Shown: positions 22,655 to 35,755 of the stretch, piece after piece
Layout: each line of letters starts with the position of its first letter
How positions within the stretch are numbered: the first letter of the stretch is position 1
NCBI RefSeq assembly: GCF_001194135.2
Contig: NC_068986.1
Span: 98,154,621-98,198,654 of the forward strand
Direction: 5' to 3'
Length of the DNA stretch: 44,034 nucleotides
From: Octopus bimaculoides
Taxonomy: Eukaryota
Made by a program: the position numbers and the translations under genes
The notes under the pieces: model-generated
The model's database searches: none
What the model saw: the letters and a program-made list of their open reading frames with translations, nothing else
Told to the model about the DNA's origin: nothing

Positions 22655-23460
22655 TTCCGGAGAACTTTCGACCCGGGACCGATGGATAATTTCCAAAAAT
22701 CTCTGGCTTGGCAGTGCTACAAGGGAGCTATGCTTGTTCTTGATAAACTCTACAGGCACGAAGTGCCGTCAGCCGAGCATGTCCCAGATGCGCGCAGGAC
22801 AACGAAACGGTCCTACATGCACTTGTCCTATGCTCGAGCATTGCTGACCTGTAGGTTTATGTCCAACACCTGCTGTCGTGTGTGGGACGGATCCCGCTGT
22901 CAACTGAATCCATCGTGGAAATCGCCCGCCGCCTTCCTTTAACCGAGAAGGAAAAGTTGTGTTTATATGCCTGGTGACCTTGACAAAAGAGGATGTATAG
23001 TGGACGAGATTGAACGAGCTAAAGACTAACAGTTTCTTCTTTGCCCAAACACTGACCACCTTCTTCAAGTTTCACTTGACAAGGAAAAGAAAAGTAGAGA
23101 GGGAAGTGTTGTCTTCTAGCCCGTTTAGTGAAAGGTGGATGAAAGTGGCTTGCTCCGAGCATATGCCTGTATTTGGGGGAAAAAAAGGAAAGGGAAAATG
23201 CACCTGCCCCATAAATCAAAGTCCCCGTGGTTTTTTATGGGGTTTCTCCATGAGCAGTACTCGAGCGTCTACTCCCTATTGAGGATCACAGATTGTTGAT
23301 TTGTAAAAATTTCATTGGCCTTGTTTACACGCAGAACTCTCGCAACACACACTCATACAGGTACACACACACATTGTTTTTTAGTCCTGTACTTTCCATA
23401 ATGTTTTTTTTTTTAATGTAAACCCTTGTTAATAAAGAAATCATCATCATTATTATTATT
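22655..23460 (+). mobile_element. 5'-truncated Tx1/L1-clade LINE 3' end (CCHC knuckle, 3' UTR, tail)
   Basis: 'MDNFQKSLAWQCYKGAMLVLDKLYRH', a frameshift, 'RACPRCAQDNETVLHALVLC' (CCHC starting at 22780), then 'WTRLNELKT..FFKFHLTRKRKVEREVLS..FSERWMKV'. Ends AATAAAGAAATCATCATCATTATTATT. GC-richer than its flanks. Confidence 0.85.
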
Positions 23461-23999
23461 AAAGAAAACACTAAAAACAACTTCACTATTTCACTACATA
23501 CCGTGTGCCTTTTGCAGTCCGCAAAGTATAAATGAATAGATTTCCAAATTTTTATAACCGGGTCACAGTAAATTAGATGAAATGACTGAATAGAGCGTCA
23601 CTTCAATTAACATCATTACAAAAATAATTTTAATTTCAACGTAACGAATGTTACCGTCCATATTTTCAATAATAGAACATCAAGATAAGAGTATACTTTA
23701 TTGACGGCTAGTGTGTGCATATAACGAGAAATACAGAATTGAAAGAAAGAAAATGAAGAGACGATACCTTACATTAGCACTCGAGAATGGGTCTGTGGTT
23801 TAGACGTTTAGTTCGCAACTACATGGTTTTTGTTTGAATACCACTGCGCAAAACAACGGTTAAATGCCCTCTGAGTAAATCAAATCGTAAACTTTGTCAA
23901 ACTGTCGTGCACGCGCACACGCACACACACACATCTCACCCCCACACACACACACATCTCACCCACAAATAACAACCAATGTTCCATTCTTCACAACCC

Positions 24000-24495
24000 T
24001 ATTACTTTGCGGGTCGGCCAAAGAAATCGGTAAGTGGTATATTTAAAATAAGTACTCTGGTTGATTTCTTCAACATACCTTATATGGTTGTGTGTTTCCA
24101 TGAATGAAACAAGTAAAAGAGTTTCAGTGCAAGAATGTTTGCGCGGTAGAACGTTTGCTTCCCAAAGACATGGTTTCGCAGTCCATCTCACTGCATATAT
24201 ATATATATATATAGGCACATACATACTTGCATACATACATGCATACATACATACATACATACATACATACATACATACATACATACATACACACAAGGAT
24301 GTATGTGTTCATGACTATGTGTCTACCCAGCCACAAACTTCACACCTTCGTACAACCGGTGTTATGTTTATTACATCCTTTTTGTTTCGGTGTTAGGCTA
24401 AAGAAACCAATAGATTACGCCCCAAACATTAAGAATGAATATTGGTGTCGATTTGCTCGATTAAAATCCTTAAATGTGATGCCCCATTGGTGAAT
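24000..24495 (+). mobile_element. Old, decayed SINE family B pieces (3' half, head, microsatellite, 3' half)
   Basis: TGAAACAAGTAAAAGAG at ~24105-24123, head-like TTTGCTTCCCAAAGACATGGTT, (TACA)n, then ACAACCGGTGTT...GTCGATTTGCTCGA. Confidence 0.55.
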
Positions 24496-25723
24496 TCCAG
24501 TAATTGATGAATGATAAAAAAAATAATTAAGAAAGGAAGGAATTCGCCATATTTACATTAAAAAGTTTTGACGCTAATACGTCAATCAAATAAAAATATA
24601 TAAACCAATGCAACAACTCAAAAATTGCATTGTACTTAACATCAAATGTATATGCTACTCAATTCATAATTTAATTTCAAGTAGAATTAAAGATTAATAG
24701 GAGTAATTAATTGTTTGAAAAAATGCAATGCTAGACTAGATAAAGTTTTCATAACCAAATGCATACGAGACAAACACTTGCTGCATATATAATAAGTTCG
24801 ACTGAAAATAATTAAACGGAAAAAAGAATATCGGCAAAATTATAAAGCATGTTATACATATTTGAATTAAATCGTTGCATTAGCATATAAATCAATGTAT
24901 TCATAAATATTTTATATATTTCTGCACATTATATTTTAAAAACCATTAGTGAAGTGAGTCCAAAGTTTAAAGAGAGACGTAAATAAACACACGTACACAC
25001 ACACGCTCAAACACATTCCTTGATATAAACAGTGTATATTTATATGTGTGTATGTATGTATTTATATGTATCTTTATATATATANNNNNNNNNNNNNNNN
25101 NNNNNNNNNNNNNNNNNNNNNNNNNNNNNNNNNNNNNNNNNNNNNNNNNNNNNNNNNNNNNNNNNNNNNNNNNNNNNNNNNNNNATATATATATATATAT
25201 ATACATCTGCTTCTCATTTCTTGGTTCATAATTTTCGATTTATTGGTGTGACTTTGATTCTAATTTCCACAAATGTGGGTCCTATTGCCGCTACATTACA
25301 GATTTACCATATCGACTTTACGCTACCTTCATACACATATATAAGTGTAAATATTTCCATGTGTGTTTGCGTATGCGGATGTGCGTGGTTTATTGGTTGG
25401 AGTGTTGCACTCCAGATTGTAACATTGCGGTCCGAATCGCGCATTGGACAATTCAATTCATTTCACGTTGCCCCTTTCCATTCATTTGGACAAATTGTGC
25501 TGGACTTCCATCTCGTCCAGGAGAATGAGGATTGATCTAAATACGCCAAGTAATCCAGGAGAGCGGCGTTTTGAGACATTGACTCGGGAAGGGGCATTGG
25601 TCCTTTTGATATATATATAGATATGGATGTACATATACGTGTGTGTGTATCAGTGTTCGCATATGTGTTCGGAGTGCTTGTTTGCTTGTGTGTGTGTGTC
25701 TGTGTGTCTGTGTTTGTGTGTGT

Positions 25724-25769
<46 letters not shown>

Positions 25770-26225
25770 GTGTGCGTGAATGCAATATTCTGTCGAATAG
25801 GCAGAATACTTTGAGCAACGTATAGAACACTATTTTCTGCTTTCAAATGCGAATAACTGCGACTTGCATCATTTTGGAGTGAATTGTTCAATTACTTGTC
25901 CGCTGTTGTCGATTCGCGAAATATTAGGTTGAGATGTCTTATATCTTATGTATTTGCGCTATGTGTGCTTTCTGTCATCGGACAATACCAGTCGTTCTTT
26001 ACCCAACAATAACGTTGATAGAGTTCAGACACCCAAGTATTAAAACGTATCAACTCGCAGATGAGAACTTTTATAGTAACCCTTATCCTTTGAATATATT
26101 TATCTCAAAAACGAATTCAATAATAGTTTTAAAGACATAAACCAATTGTATATTCACTCCCCAAAATACAACTCACAATTTAGTTCCTAGTGTATCGCTT
26201 AGATCCAATATTTCAGTAAACATAA

Positions 26226-26416
26226 GTCGGCGAGCTGGCAAAACCGTTAGCATGCCGGGCAAAATGTTTATTGAAGTTCAAATTCCGTTGAGGATGACTT
26301 TGCTTTTCATCAAATTGGAATCGATAAAATGTGTGCTACTTGTGGACTGGGGGTCGATGTAATCGACTTACACATTCCCCCGAATTACTGGCCGTGTGCC
26401 AAAGTTTGGAGACAAT
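26226..26416 (+). mobile_element. SINE family A, first of a head-to-tail pair
   Basis: GGCGAGCTGGCAAAACCGTTAGCATGCCGGGC...AAGTTCAAATTCC...GGGGTCGATGTAATCGACTTA. Confidence 0.8.
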
Positions 26417-26443
26417 GTTTATTGCTCATTAAATGTGTGTAGT

Positions 26444-26637
26444 AAGGCGGCGAACTGGCAGAGTCGTTGGCACAAAGGGCGAAATGCTTAGCGGTATTTC
26501 ATCTTTCTTTGTGTTCTGAGTTCAAATTCCTCCGAAGTCGACTTTGCCTTTCAGCCTTTCGAGATCGATAAAATCAGTACCAGGTGCGTACTGGAGTCGA
26601 TCTAATTTGGGGCTTTGTGCCTAAAGTACAAAAGATT
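26444..26637 (+). mobile_element. SINE family A, second of the pair
   Basis: AAGGCGGCGAACTGGCAGAGTCG...GTTCTGAGTTCAAATTCC...GTCGACTTTGCCTTTCAGCCTTTCG...AAAGATT. Confidence 0.85.
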
Positions 26638-27799
26638 TTAATATGCACATGCATATAAATATACATATATACATAAAATTTACCAGCGGCTGGTGCAGTA
26701 TTTCACATACGTCACATGCTTATCAAAAATCTCTTTATTCTCCTTCGCGACCGGCATTCAATACTTTTCCAGACTGGTGGATGTCAATTATTGAAAGATA
26801 CATTCATACACATCTATTACAGCTTTCGTGAGCTTGCAGGAGTGTGATCGATGGTGGTGGCAGTGGTGGTGGTGGTGGTGGTGGTGGTTCTTTTATTTGC
26901 ATTAGTTTTTCTACACCAACGCTCAAAACTAATGCTGAGATTACTGTAAGCTCTTTATCTTCGAAATGTACTACTTGTAATAACAAATCAGTGCACTTCT
27001 CTGTACTTTATATTACAACTTGCTGTGTTTCAAGTACACTTAATGTTTGCCGTTTTTTGTCATTGCTTCTCTCCATATATTTCAGTAATTAATTAAGTAT
27101 TTGCACAAAGTACTGCACCGATAATCATGTCTCCAGCTTCGTGCTTTTTATGTAAAAATTGGGGTAAATATAATGTTTATGCTGTTCTTTATTCTAATCT
27201 AAGTATTTGACACTAACGTTTGATCTCAATAGTTGAACTGTATTTCTGCTCAGTTTCGTATTTCTTCAATGCATAGTCAGTGAACAATTGTCTATATTAT
27301 TCAATGGTATAACTCATCTATTTATTCTATGGCTTTTACAATTAGTAATCTTACATAATATTGTCTTTCACACTTTCAACTACTCTGTGCGTTATATTTT
27401 TCGTTGTACGTTACTATCAAAGTCCCTTTTATGTGCTACATTAACCTAATTGCTCATATGCAGCGAATGCCATTTGTCTAACTTAATGAACTTTTACTCT
27501 ATATTTGTTTCAATTTACTGTTAGTTACTAATATATTAGATATTTGATGCGTACTTATCCATGATGCGTATGAAGTGTTGGCTACTTTTAATCTAAAGTT
27601 ATTTCCTTTCTAATTTCCTGCTGGTTCTGAGCTCCTTTCGTTTTTTCAAATAAATACATTTTCCCCCTCAACCTATTTCGACAGAGTGACATTAAGATCT
27701 TGCGTGTGTGTGTTTGTGTGCATGTCTGTGTGCGTGCGTGTGTGTATGTATGCACCTGTATGTGTGTACGTATGCATGTATATACATATACATTACACA

Positions 27800-27843
27800 A
27801 AAGTCTGATGAAGGCAAGCGAGTCGAAACTTTGAAGTGACTGT
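27800..27843 (+). ncRNA. Minimal type I hammerhead ribozyme motif, probably inactivated
   Basis: AAAGT-CTGATGA-A-GGC-AAGCGA-GTC-GAAA-CTT-TG-AAG-T-G-ACTGT: intact core boxes; helix II 3 bp; helix III ACTT/AAGT; helix I 4 of 5 bp. Position 17 is G, which breaks the NUH rule. Confidence 0.55.
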
Positions 27844-28837
27844 CAATGTTTTCATGTGAAAGACAATATGTACTCTACTAAGAAGCATGGAGCGATCCTT
27901 TATATAAATGTTAAACTCTTTTTATATACTTTGGCATCCATATATATGTATATATATNNNNNNNNNNNNNNNNNNNNNNNNNNNNNNNNNNNNNNNNNNN
28001 NNNNNNNNNNNNNNNNNNNNNNNNNNNNNNNNNNNNNNNNNNNNNNNNNNNNNNNNNNNNNNNNNNNNNNNNNNNNNNNNNNNNNNNNNNNNNNNNNNNN
28101 NNNNNNNNNNNNNNNNNNNNNNNNNNNNNNNNNNNNNNNNNNNNNNNNNNNNNNNNNNNNNNNNNNNNNNNNNNNNNNNNNNNNNNNNNNNNNNNNNNNN
28201 NNNNNNNNNNNNNNNNNNNNNNNNNNNNNNNNNNNNNNNNNNNNNNNNNNNNNNNNNNNNNNNNNNNNNNNNNNNNNNNNNNNNNNNNNNNNNNNNNNNN
28301 NNNNNNNNNNNNNNNNNNNNNNNNNNNNNNNNNNNNNNNNNNNNNNNNNNNNNNNNNNNNNNNNNNNNNNNNNNNNNNNNNNNNNNNNNNNNNNNNNNNN
28401 NNNNNNNNNNNNNNNNNNNNNNNNNNNNNNNNNNNNNNNNNNNNNNNNNNNNNNNNNNNNNNNNNNNNNNNNNNNNNNNNNNNNNNNNNNNNNNNNNNNN
28501 NNNNNNNNNNNNNNNNNNNNNNNNNNNNNNNNNNNNNNNNNNNNNNNNNNNNNNNNNNNNNNNNNNNNNNNNNNNNNNNNNNNNNNNNNNNNNNNNNNNN
28601 NNNNNNNNNNNNNNNNNNNNNNNNNNNNNNNNNNNNNNNNNNNNNNNNNNNNNNNNNNNNNNNNNNNNNNNNNNNNNNNNNNNNNNNNNNNNNNNNNNNN
28701 NNNNNNNNNNNNNNNNNNNNNNNNNNNNNNNNNNNNNNNNNNNNNNNNNNNNNNNNNNNNNNNNNNNNNNNNNNNATATATATATATATATATACATACA
28801 TACATATATACTTATATTTATACATTCATATATAAGT

Positions 28838-29243
28838 CAGGCGTGGCTGTGTGGCAAGAAGCTTCCTTCCCAACTATATGTTTTCAGGTTCAGTCCCACT
28901 GCGCGGGACCTTGGGCAAGTGTTCTCGACTAAAGCAAAGCCTCGGGTTGACCTACTCCTTGTGATTGGATTTGGTAGACGGACACTGAAAGAAACCCCTC
29001 GTATATGTGTGTGTGTGTGTGTGTATGGCTTTGTGTCTGTGTTTGTTTCCCAATAACCGTTGAGAACCGGTGTTGGTTTGCTTACGTCCCCAGAGATCAG
29101 TGTTTCGGCAAAGGGACCGATAGAATGATGACTACTAGGCTTACAAAGAATAAGTCCTGGGGTAGATTTCTTCGAATAAAACGCTTCAAGGTGGTGCTCC
29201 AGCATGGCCGCAGTTAAGTGACTGAAACAACTGAAAGAATAAA
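28838..29243 (+). mobile_element. SINE family B, full length with internal (TG)n
   Basis: CAGGCGTGGCTGTGTGGCAAGAAGCTTCCTTCCC...GGTTCAGTCCCACTGCG head; 3' half ends GGTGGTGCTCCAGCATGGCCGCAGTTAAGTGACTGAAACA. Confidence 0.88.
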
Positions 29244-29267
29244 CAATATATATCTATATATATTCAA

Positions 29268-29732
29268 ATATGAATTTGAAGCAGCTCGAGGTGTATGAGC
29301 AAAATGGAACGCATATACACAAAGTATGTATGTTGTTGGGTTTTTAGGTGTAAGAGAATATGTTTTCTGTGTCCTTGATGTAAAAACAAAAACGCACCAC
29401 AAAGTAATCACAGTCAAACTAGACAACACTCATCAGGTCCTTTCTCGGAGCGACAGACATCGATGTTTCCTCTTTGGTTTGACTATGGTTATATATTAAT
29501 TGATTTAGACACCATCCGCTAGCATATCCCAACCTTTCGTAGCACGGAAAAAAAATGCAAATAGGAATTGGAAGCAGCTCGAAGTATATAAAGAAAATCG
29601 GACGCACATACACAAGGTAAAGTGTATTGGTTGTTCGTGGGTCCACTACGGTTATTAGGCGTAAGAGAATATATTTTTTATGCACCTGGTGCAAAAAACA
29701 CCTGAAAGTCATAGTCAAGCAAGACAACTCAT
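29268..29732. repeat. Diverged direct duplication of ~165 bp (29268-29433 and 29562-29732)
   Basis: Shared collinear words: GAAGCAGCTCGA, ACGCA.ATACACAA, TTAGG.GTAAGAGAATAT, AGTCAA..AGACAAC..ACTCAT. Confidence 0.75.
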
Positions 29733-29737
29733 ATATA

Positions 29738-29779
<42 letters not shown>

Positions 29780-29879
29780 ATGCGTGTGCGTGTGCATGTG
29801 TATTAAAATGAGGTAGTTTTGATGAAGCATTTTGTGATATAAATTTAAAGGAACTTGTTGGGTAAGACTCGAACAATAC

Positions 29880-30590
29880 GAGAAGGTACAAGGTATGTTA
29901 GATGTGAAATTGAATCTAGTCTTCTTAGAGAGCCTTCTGTTGTGGCAAATGTTGGTCCAGCTGGCGTTAATCTTGGTTTTAAGCTGTCTAGGTGTGGTGT
30001 GTGCATTTTCGTATAACGTAGCGTTCTTTAGATGTTCGATTTCTAATTTGATATGAGTGAACCTATCTATGATTCAGAATGTTTTCCCCTTGTCTTAGGG
30101 TAGGTAGAAGAGCTAACCCCTTTTTTACGCGATCTGATATAGTCAACCAACTCCTCAACACAAGTTACGAATTGCTCCCAGATTCCGGTGGAAGCATCAT
30201 TACTGAGTGCCAACAGACACTCAGAGAAAACTGACATCCACCGAGAGTGACTAGCCTCCGTTGCAACTCTCCATGTTATGCCTTACACATGTTAGAGTAT
30301 CCATAGAACATTGAGAAGCAGTAATGATACTGGCCTTTTGACATCCGGCATGAATCGTAACGATAGCGGTAACTCTTTCCCAGTATTCAGACAGCATCCA
30401 GTCCGCCACTTCAGCTAAATACATCCTTAATCTTCATCATCTGGCCAAAGATACCTTAGTCAAATAAGGTTACATTGTCGTCGAGAGATCCCATGTTAAC
30501 TCGCAGGAGAGCTGATCGAAAATATATATATGTATATATATGAACACATACATACATGCATACATACATACATTCATACATGCATCCGTC

Positions 30591-30631
<41 letters not shown>

Positions 30632-31390
30632 NNNNNNNNNNNNNNNNNNNNNNNNNNNNNNNNNNNNNNNNNNNNNNNNNNNNNNNNNNNNNNNNNNNNN
30701 NNNNNNNNNNNNNNNNNNNNNNNNNNNNNNNNNNNNNNNNNNNNNNNNNNNNNNNNNNNNNNNNNNNNNNNNNNNNNNNNNNNNNNNNNNNNNNNNNNNN
30801 NNNNNNNNNNNNNNNNNNNNNNNNNNNNNNNNNNNNNNNNNNNNNNNNNNNNNNATATATATATATATATATACATATATACATATGTTCAAATTTAGGG
30901 AATGGTATAGGTAAAGTCCAGGCTTGTTTCCTAGCTGGCAGAATATCGCAAGTAATAACTCAACAAGGAGTACTGCGCTAGCTACTCTAAGAATGATTCT
31001 CGAAACTTTATTATTCTAAAGAAAGTAAAGGAGGTCTCATTTCACGCTGTTCTCCGATTACTTTGACGTTTAATACACCATGCACTTATAAAGGTGTTGT
31101 AGATATCATGGATGGAACGACCTAACACACAATACAAATATTTGATCACTATAAATAAATCATTTGTTCAGCAAGAAATCCCAGATGACAGATGAGTCGT
31201 TCTGGGATTAAGATCGAGGGAATTAGGAAGCCAAAAATTGAGGCTCGTGAAGACGTTGAAATCCCCGAACAGCAACTTCTGACTCTCCTTGGAGATATGT
31301 CAATGCTACACATATGGCATTCCAGTAGCAATCCTCTCCTAATCAACCTTTCCAAATTATTTCATCATCATCTTCAGGATGTGAAATGAT
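29880..31390 (-). mobile_element. Decayed APE-type LINE ORF2 relic (endonuclease plus linker), interrupted by a microsatellite and gap
   Basis: Near 31250: 'ESEVAV / GDFNVFTSLNFWL' (cf. xEIxIxGDFNxHxxxWL), later 'LGRSIH' (cf. GxSDH). At 30.1-30.3 kb: 'WRVA..W..F..WEQFVTCVEELVDYIRSRKK', resembling the post-APE linker. Joining the two parts is inference. Confidence 0.45.
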
Positions 31391-32389
31391 TTTGTCTACT
31401 GTGTGTTGACTACCCTATTTGTTGTGAGCAGCTTATTTTCATACAAGAATATTTCCTCCACAACGTGGCCGTTAGAGCCTCAGTGCTTTAGGTAATACTA
31501 TTTACAGATGTGATATGTGCATGCTGTATGTTGATTGTAGTCATGGTTTACTGTTTTAGTATTGTTTCCGTAATTCGTAATTCTGTTTTTGAAGGGAGTT
31601 GTATAAAGCATAGAAATAATATCTGATACTGTTTTCTTATTAAGCTTTGTTTTATGTTGTATGATTTAGTGTGTTGCAACGGCGCCTTGTTTTAAATGCA
31701 TGGTGAGCTTAGGAGAGTGTTGTAACAGTATGGCCAAAGAGAGAGTTGAATGTGAGCAAATAGCAACGTTCAGTTCTAGATGCTGCTTGAATTTCCAATC
31801 GACTTGGGATGTATCCATTACAACTAGAATGAAATCTCCAAACAAGTAACCAGAGTTTTATATTATCAAATCATCGGAAGACTTTCTCTTTTACAAGAGA
31901 AAAAGAAATTTATTCAATTTCTCTCCGAGATGTAGAAATTGTTTTCACTAATGTTTCAGTGATAGAAACAATTGAAATTATTTTAGATACGTGTGTGTGC
32001 GCGCGCGCATATATATATATATATATATATATANNNNNNNNNNNNNNNNNNNNNNNNNNNNNNNNNNNNNNNNNNNNNNNNNNNNNNNNNNNNNNNNNNN
32101 NNNNNNNNNNNNNNNNNNNNNNNNNNATATATATGTATGTATGTTTGTATATATGTATGTATGTATCCACCCACAGTAAAATCGACATGATACCAGCAAA
32201 ATGATTAAAATCTACTAGTAGCATGCACGAATAAAAGGTTGTTTTGTTGCAACAAGACAACCTATTTAAGCAAAAAGCTAGAGTAGCTATACGTTGTCCT
32301 CTAAGGCCTATATCACTTACATATGACAATAAAACTATACCGAAATACAAAATATGCAATAAATACGTAACGATATATTAGTTGTAATG

Positions 32390-33050
32390 GACACATCAAA
32401 ATACCCTCATAAATCAAAGGACATAGAGAACAACCCAGACCTAATATTTAATATCCAAAATAATACAGATATAACACCATTTCTAGACATAACTATTCAG
32501 ATTTAAAACAATAGACGCATTATGACCATTTACACAAGAGACACTGCCAAATGCATATACTAAATTGAGATAGCCTGTAGCACAGCTATATATGTCAGTG
32601 GTAAAATCACTTTGTAGCGGAGGATTTAGATTATTCGTCTTCAAATAAATGACTGAATGATGAAATCTACAGAATAAATCAAACATTAATTCACAACGGT
32701 TTTCATACAAGCTAGTAAACTAGTCAACTGTTGAATTAACAGAGAAATACAATGCAACAAATAAGTTAGGCAATACTGGAACTACAAACACACATGTTAC
32801 ATAAACGTTGCATCAAATGAATCAAGTATACAGAATACACAAAGTATAGAACGAAACAAAAATACGTTACATCAAATCTTTACAGGAAGCTAGCACTATA
32901 TTACAAAAATTAAAAGATAAAATTCTACTTGACAACATATTGTACACTAGTAAACCTGAGAATAAACATAAAACTATCTAATTTACAAACACGGTAGCAA
33001 ATTCCAACAGTTTAGGTTTATACAATATCAAACTTTCTTCCAGTTCATCT
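32390..33050 (+). mobile_element. Decayed Penelope-like element RT thumb region
   Basis: 'PFLDITIQI*NNRRIMTIYTRDT..CIY' and 'DEIYRINQTLIHNGF' follow the PLE pattern LPFLD..T..Y.K.T..YL ... E...I...L..NGYP. Confidence 0.55.
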
Positions 33051-34386
33051 AGATCTGAATTAGTTCAAAGATTCCCTATCTTGTTAACGCTACATAGAAG
33101 CGGACGAAACGAAGTAAAACAGACTTATTTCTATTCCACCAGATTGGTGGAAGCATAGAATTTGTTGAATGGTTGAGTGACCACAAGATTGGAGAATATG
33201 GTTGTGTTGCCATCTACTACTGGAGTGTCAGTCCTTTGCCATAGTGTCAGAAAAAAGTACATATGTCTTGCAACGATGTGTAAGTTACTGAGCAATGATT
33301 TAAGTGGCAATGACAAATCACTCAGAATATAGAATAACTATTACCTTATGCTGTAGTAGCAATTGTGGAATGCTGTACTTAATATGGTATGAAACCTTTG
33401 AACTGTAATTTGCCATTAATTTTTATGGCTAAATTAGCTAAACATAACTAAAGTAATTTTCGTCCCCATCTTCAACGTACTGCATCGTATTTACAGTTAG
33501 CGGTTTCAATAGAATCTTTATTCACCTCATGCATTCCTCCACTCTACTCCTTTGTCCTGCCTCATCTGGAGACTGCTGGATCAGAGAGCTACTATCAATG
33601 GTATAATATGGTGCATGTCTCTACAAAGCACCTTGAATTTACCTGAGCATCCATTTGTCGCCATTGTTGCGGCAAAAATTACATATATTGAAATAGTCTC
33701 ATATATCCCTATACAAGAAAGCTGAGTTGGCGTTTAATAACAATGAGTGCAAAGCTTAATGTCCTTTTTCAAAACTCTCGCTGTTAAAACTATATTACAG
33801 GCTTTCATTTAACACAAAACAACAGGGCAATGCTTTACTCTACACGAGAATGTTTGCAGAAGCATTCTGTAAACCGTTATAAACCTCCATAGGCCTTCCT
33901 CCTAATACTGGAATCAGTACGAGACTACTTCTCATCTTCCATCAATCGCCAGATATTGATCTTCCCATTAACCAATTGCAGCATTCACATGTAGCATTCA
34001 GCAATCAGCAGTAACTACCATCTTGATAGCAGCTACCATCCGCTAGTAGCCTACTGCAGTCAACTGGTATCATCCCGATAACGTGATCTAACCTACAAGT
34101 AGAAATTAACCTAATTTATAATCTGGTGACAATTAAACATACATGGAAACAATAATAGCCCTCTCCTCGGACGAATGTTGTTTTACTCATGTTGTTTTAC
34201 TCATGTTGTTTTACTCATGTTGAAACATCGCGTATCTTAGTGTAGCATTTATAGAAAATATATAGACAATATAGAGAAGTGAATTATTTCGTTTGCCCAT
34301 TCTGTAACTGACTATATGTTTGTGTGTGTGTGGGGTGTGTCAGTGTGCGTCGGTGTGTGTCAGTGTGCGTCGGTGTGTGTGTACAC

Positions 34387-34464
<78 letters not shown>

Positions 34465-34499
34465 TCTCTCTCAATCACACACATACACAGTACAAGAAG

Positions 34500-35755
34500 A
34501 CGAGAAGTCTGAAATCATCTGCACTCTCACCAAAACTTTCTTTAAATTATCTGAACTGCCTTCCGCGCTCGCGTGGTATGATGTGGTACTGTTGTGGTCA
34601 CATAACAGAGGTTCGATGTTCATGGCTTCAGTTTTCTTTCTTTAGTAATAGAGTAAACAAGGTCACTCCGCTGGCAGTGTACATCAAAGAAGAACAGAGA
34701 TCTGTGATCCGATTTCTCTGTTCTGAATATGGGTCAAAGGCTCAAGTTCACCTCATGCTTTCAGCACAATACAGGAACAGCGGTGTATCATGTAGAAGTG
34801 TGTATAGGTGGATCAATTAGTTTCAAAATGACCAGAGAACCGTGACGCTTCAACAAGCTCGAAAGATGGTTCTAGCGAACCGACGAGCAACCAACAATGA
34901 GTTGGTATGTTCTCTGCAGTTTATTCGTGGTTCTGCATACGAAATCGTGTCTGATAAGCTTCGCATGATTAAATTCTGAACAAGATGGGTGCCAATAGAA
35001 CTTACGGAAACGCATAAGCGCACTCGTACAGAGATATGTCAACACTTACTCGAGAGCTACAACAATGAAGGCGAAGCTCTTTTTGCCGAAAATAGTCACA
35101 AGAGATAAGACCTGGGCCAATCACTTTGAGCCAGAATTCAAAAGACAGATCATGGAAGAGAAACATCCGGAATTGCCAATGAAAAGGAAATTTAAATCTG
35201 AAACTTCCGCAGATAAAGTGACGCTAAATATGCTTTTTGGGAACGCTAATACGATTATGTCAGAAAATTGCCCAGGAAAGGTGTCCTCAGTTACCACGGT
35301 AGGCAACAGTGAAATACTGGCGAACAAACTGAAACCAGCAGTTCGCACCAAACGCCGAAGTCTGTTGTTAAATCATATTATTGTTGGAAGACAATACACG
35401 CCCACATACGGCCACCCACACCGCAGAAACCATTAAAAATTGGGTTTGGAGTTTGCTGAAACACCCTGCAAGCAGTTACGATCTCGTCCCTTTCGGCTAT
35501 TACTTATTAGACCCTCTTAAACATCCTTTACAAGGCCGTTGATCTGATACGGACGAAGAATAGCAGGAATGGCTGTGCATAAATGGCTGTGCGACCAAGT
35601 CAAACCCTTCTCCTCCGATGGAATAAGCATGCTTGAGGTGTGCTGAAGAAACGCATCGAAATGGCATAGATATTATTCTTTGTTGAAAACAGAAGTAATT
35701 GTACAATTGCATTTGTTTTGATAAATTACAGGAACAAGTGTGAACATAATTCTTG

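Noticed and set aside
27856-29056. Long ORFs (up to 382 aa) spanning N-runs, here and at the other gaps
   Set aside because: The length is an artefact of X codons across assembly gaps.
29290-29420. 'GVREYVF' resembling the GVxEYW motif of Uma2-type nucleases
   Set aside because: A five-residue match without upstream PD-(D/E)xK context and with in-frame stops; likely chance.
29930-30050. Alternative reading as a Tc1-like C-terminus ('HTTPRQLKTKINASWTNI') on the minus strand
   Set aside because: No upstream SPDLxPxD motif seen; cannot be separated from decayed LINE sequence.
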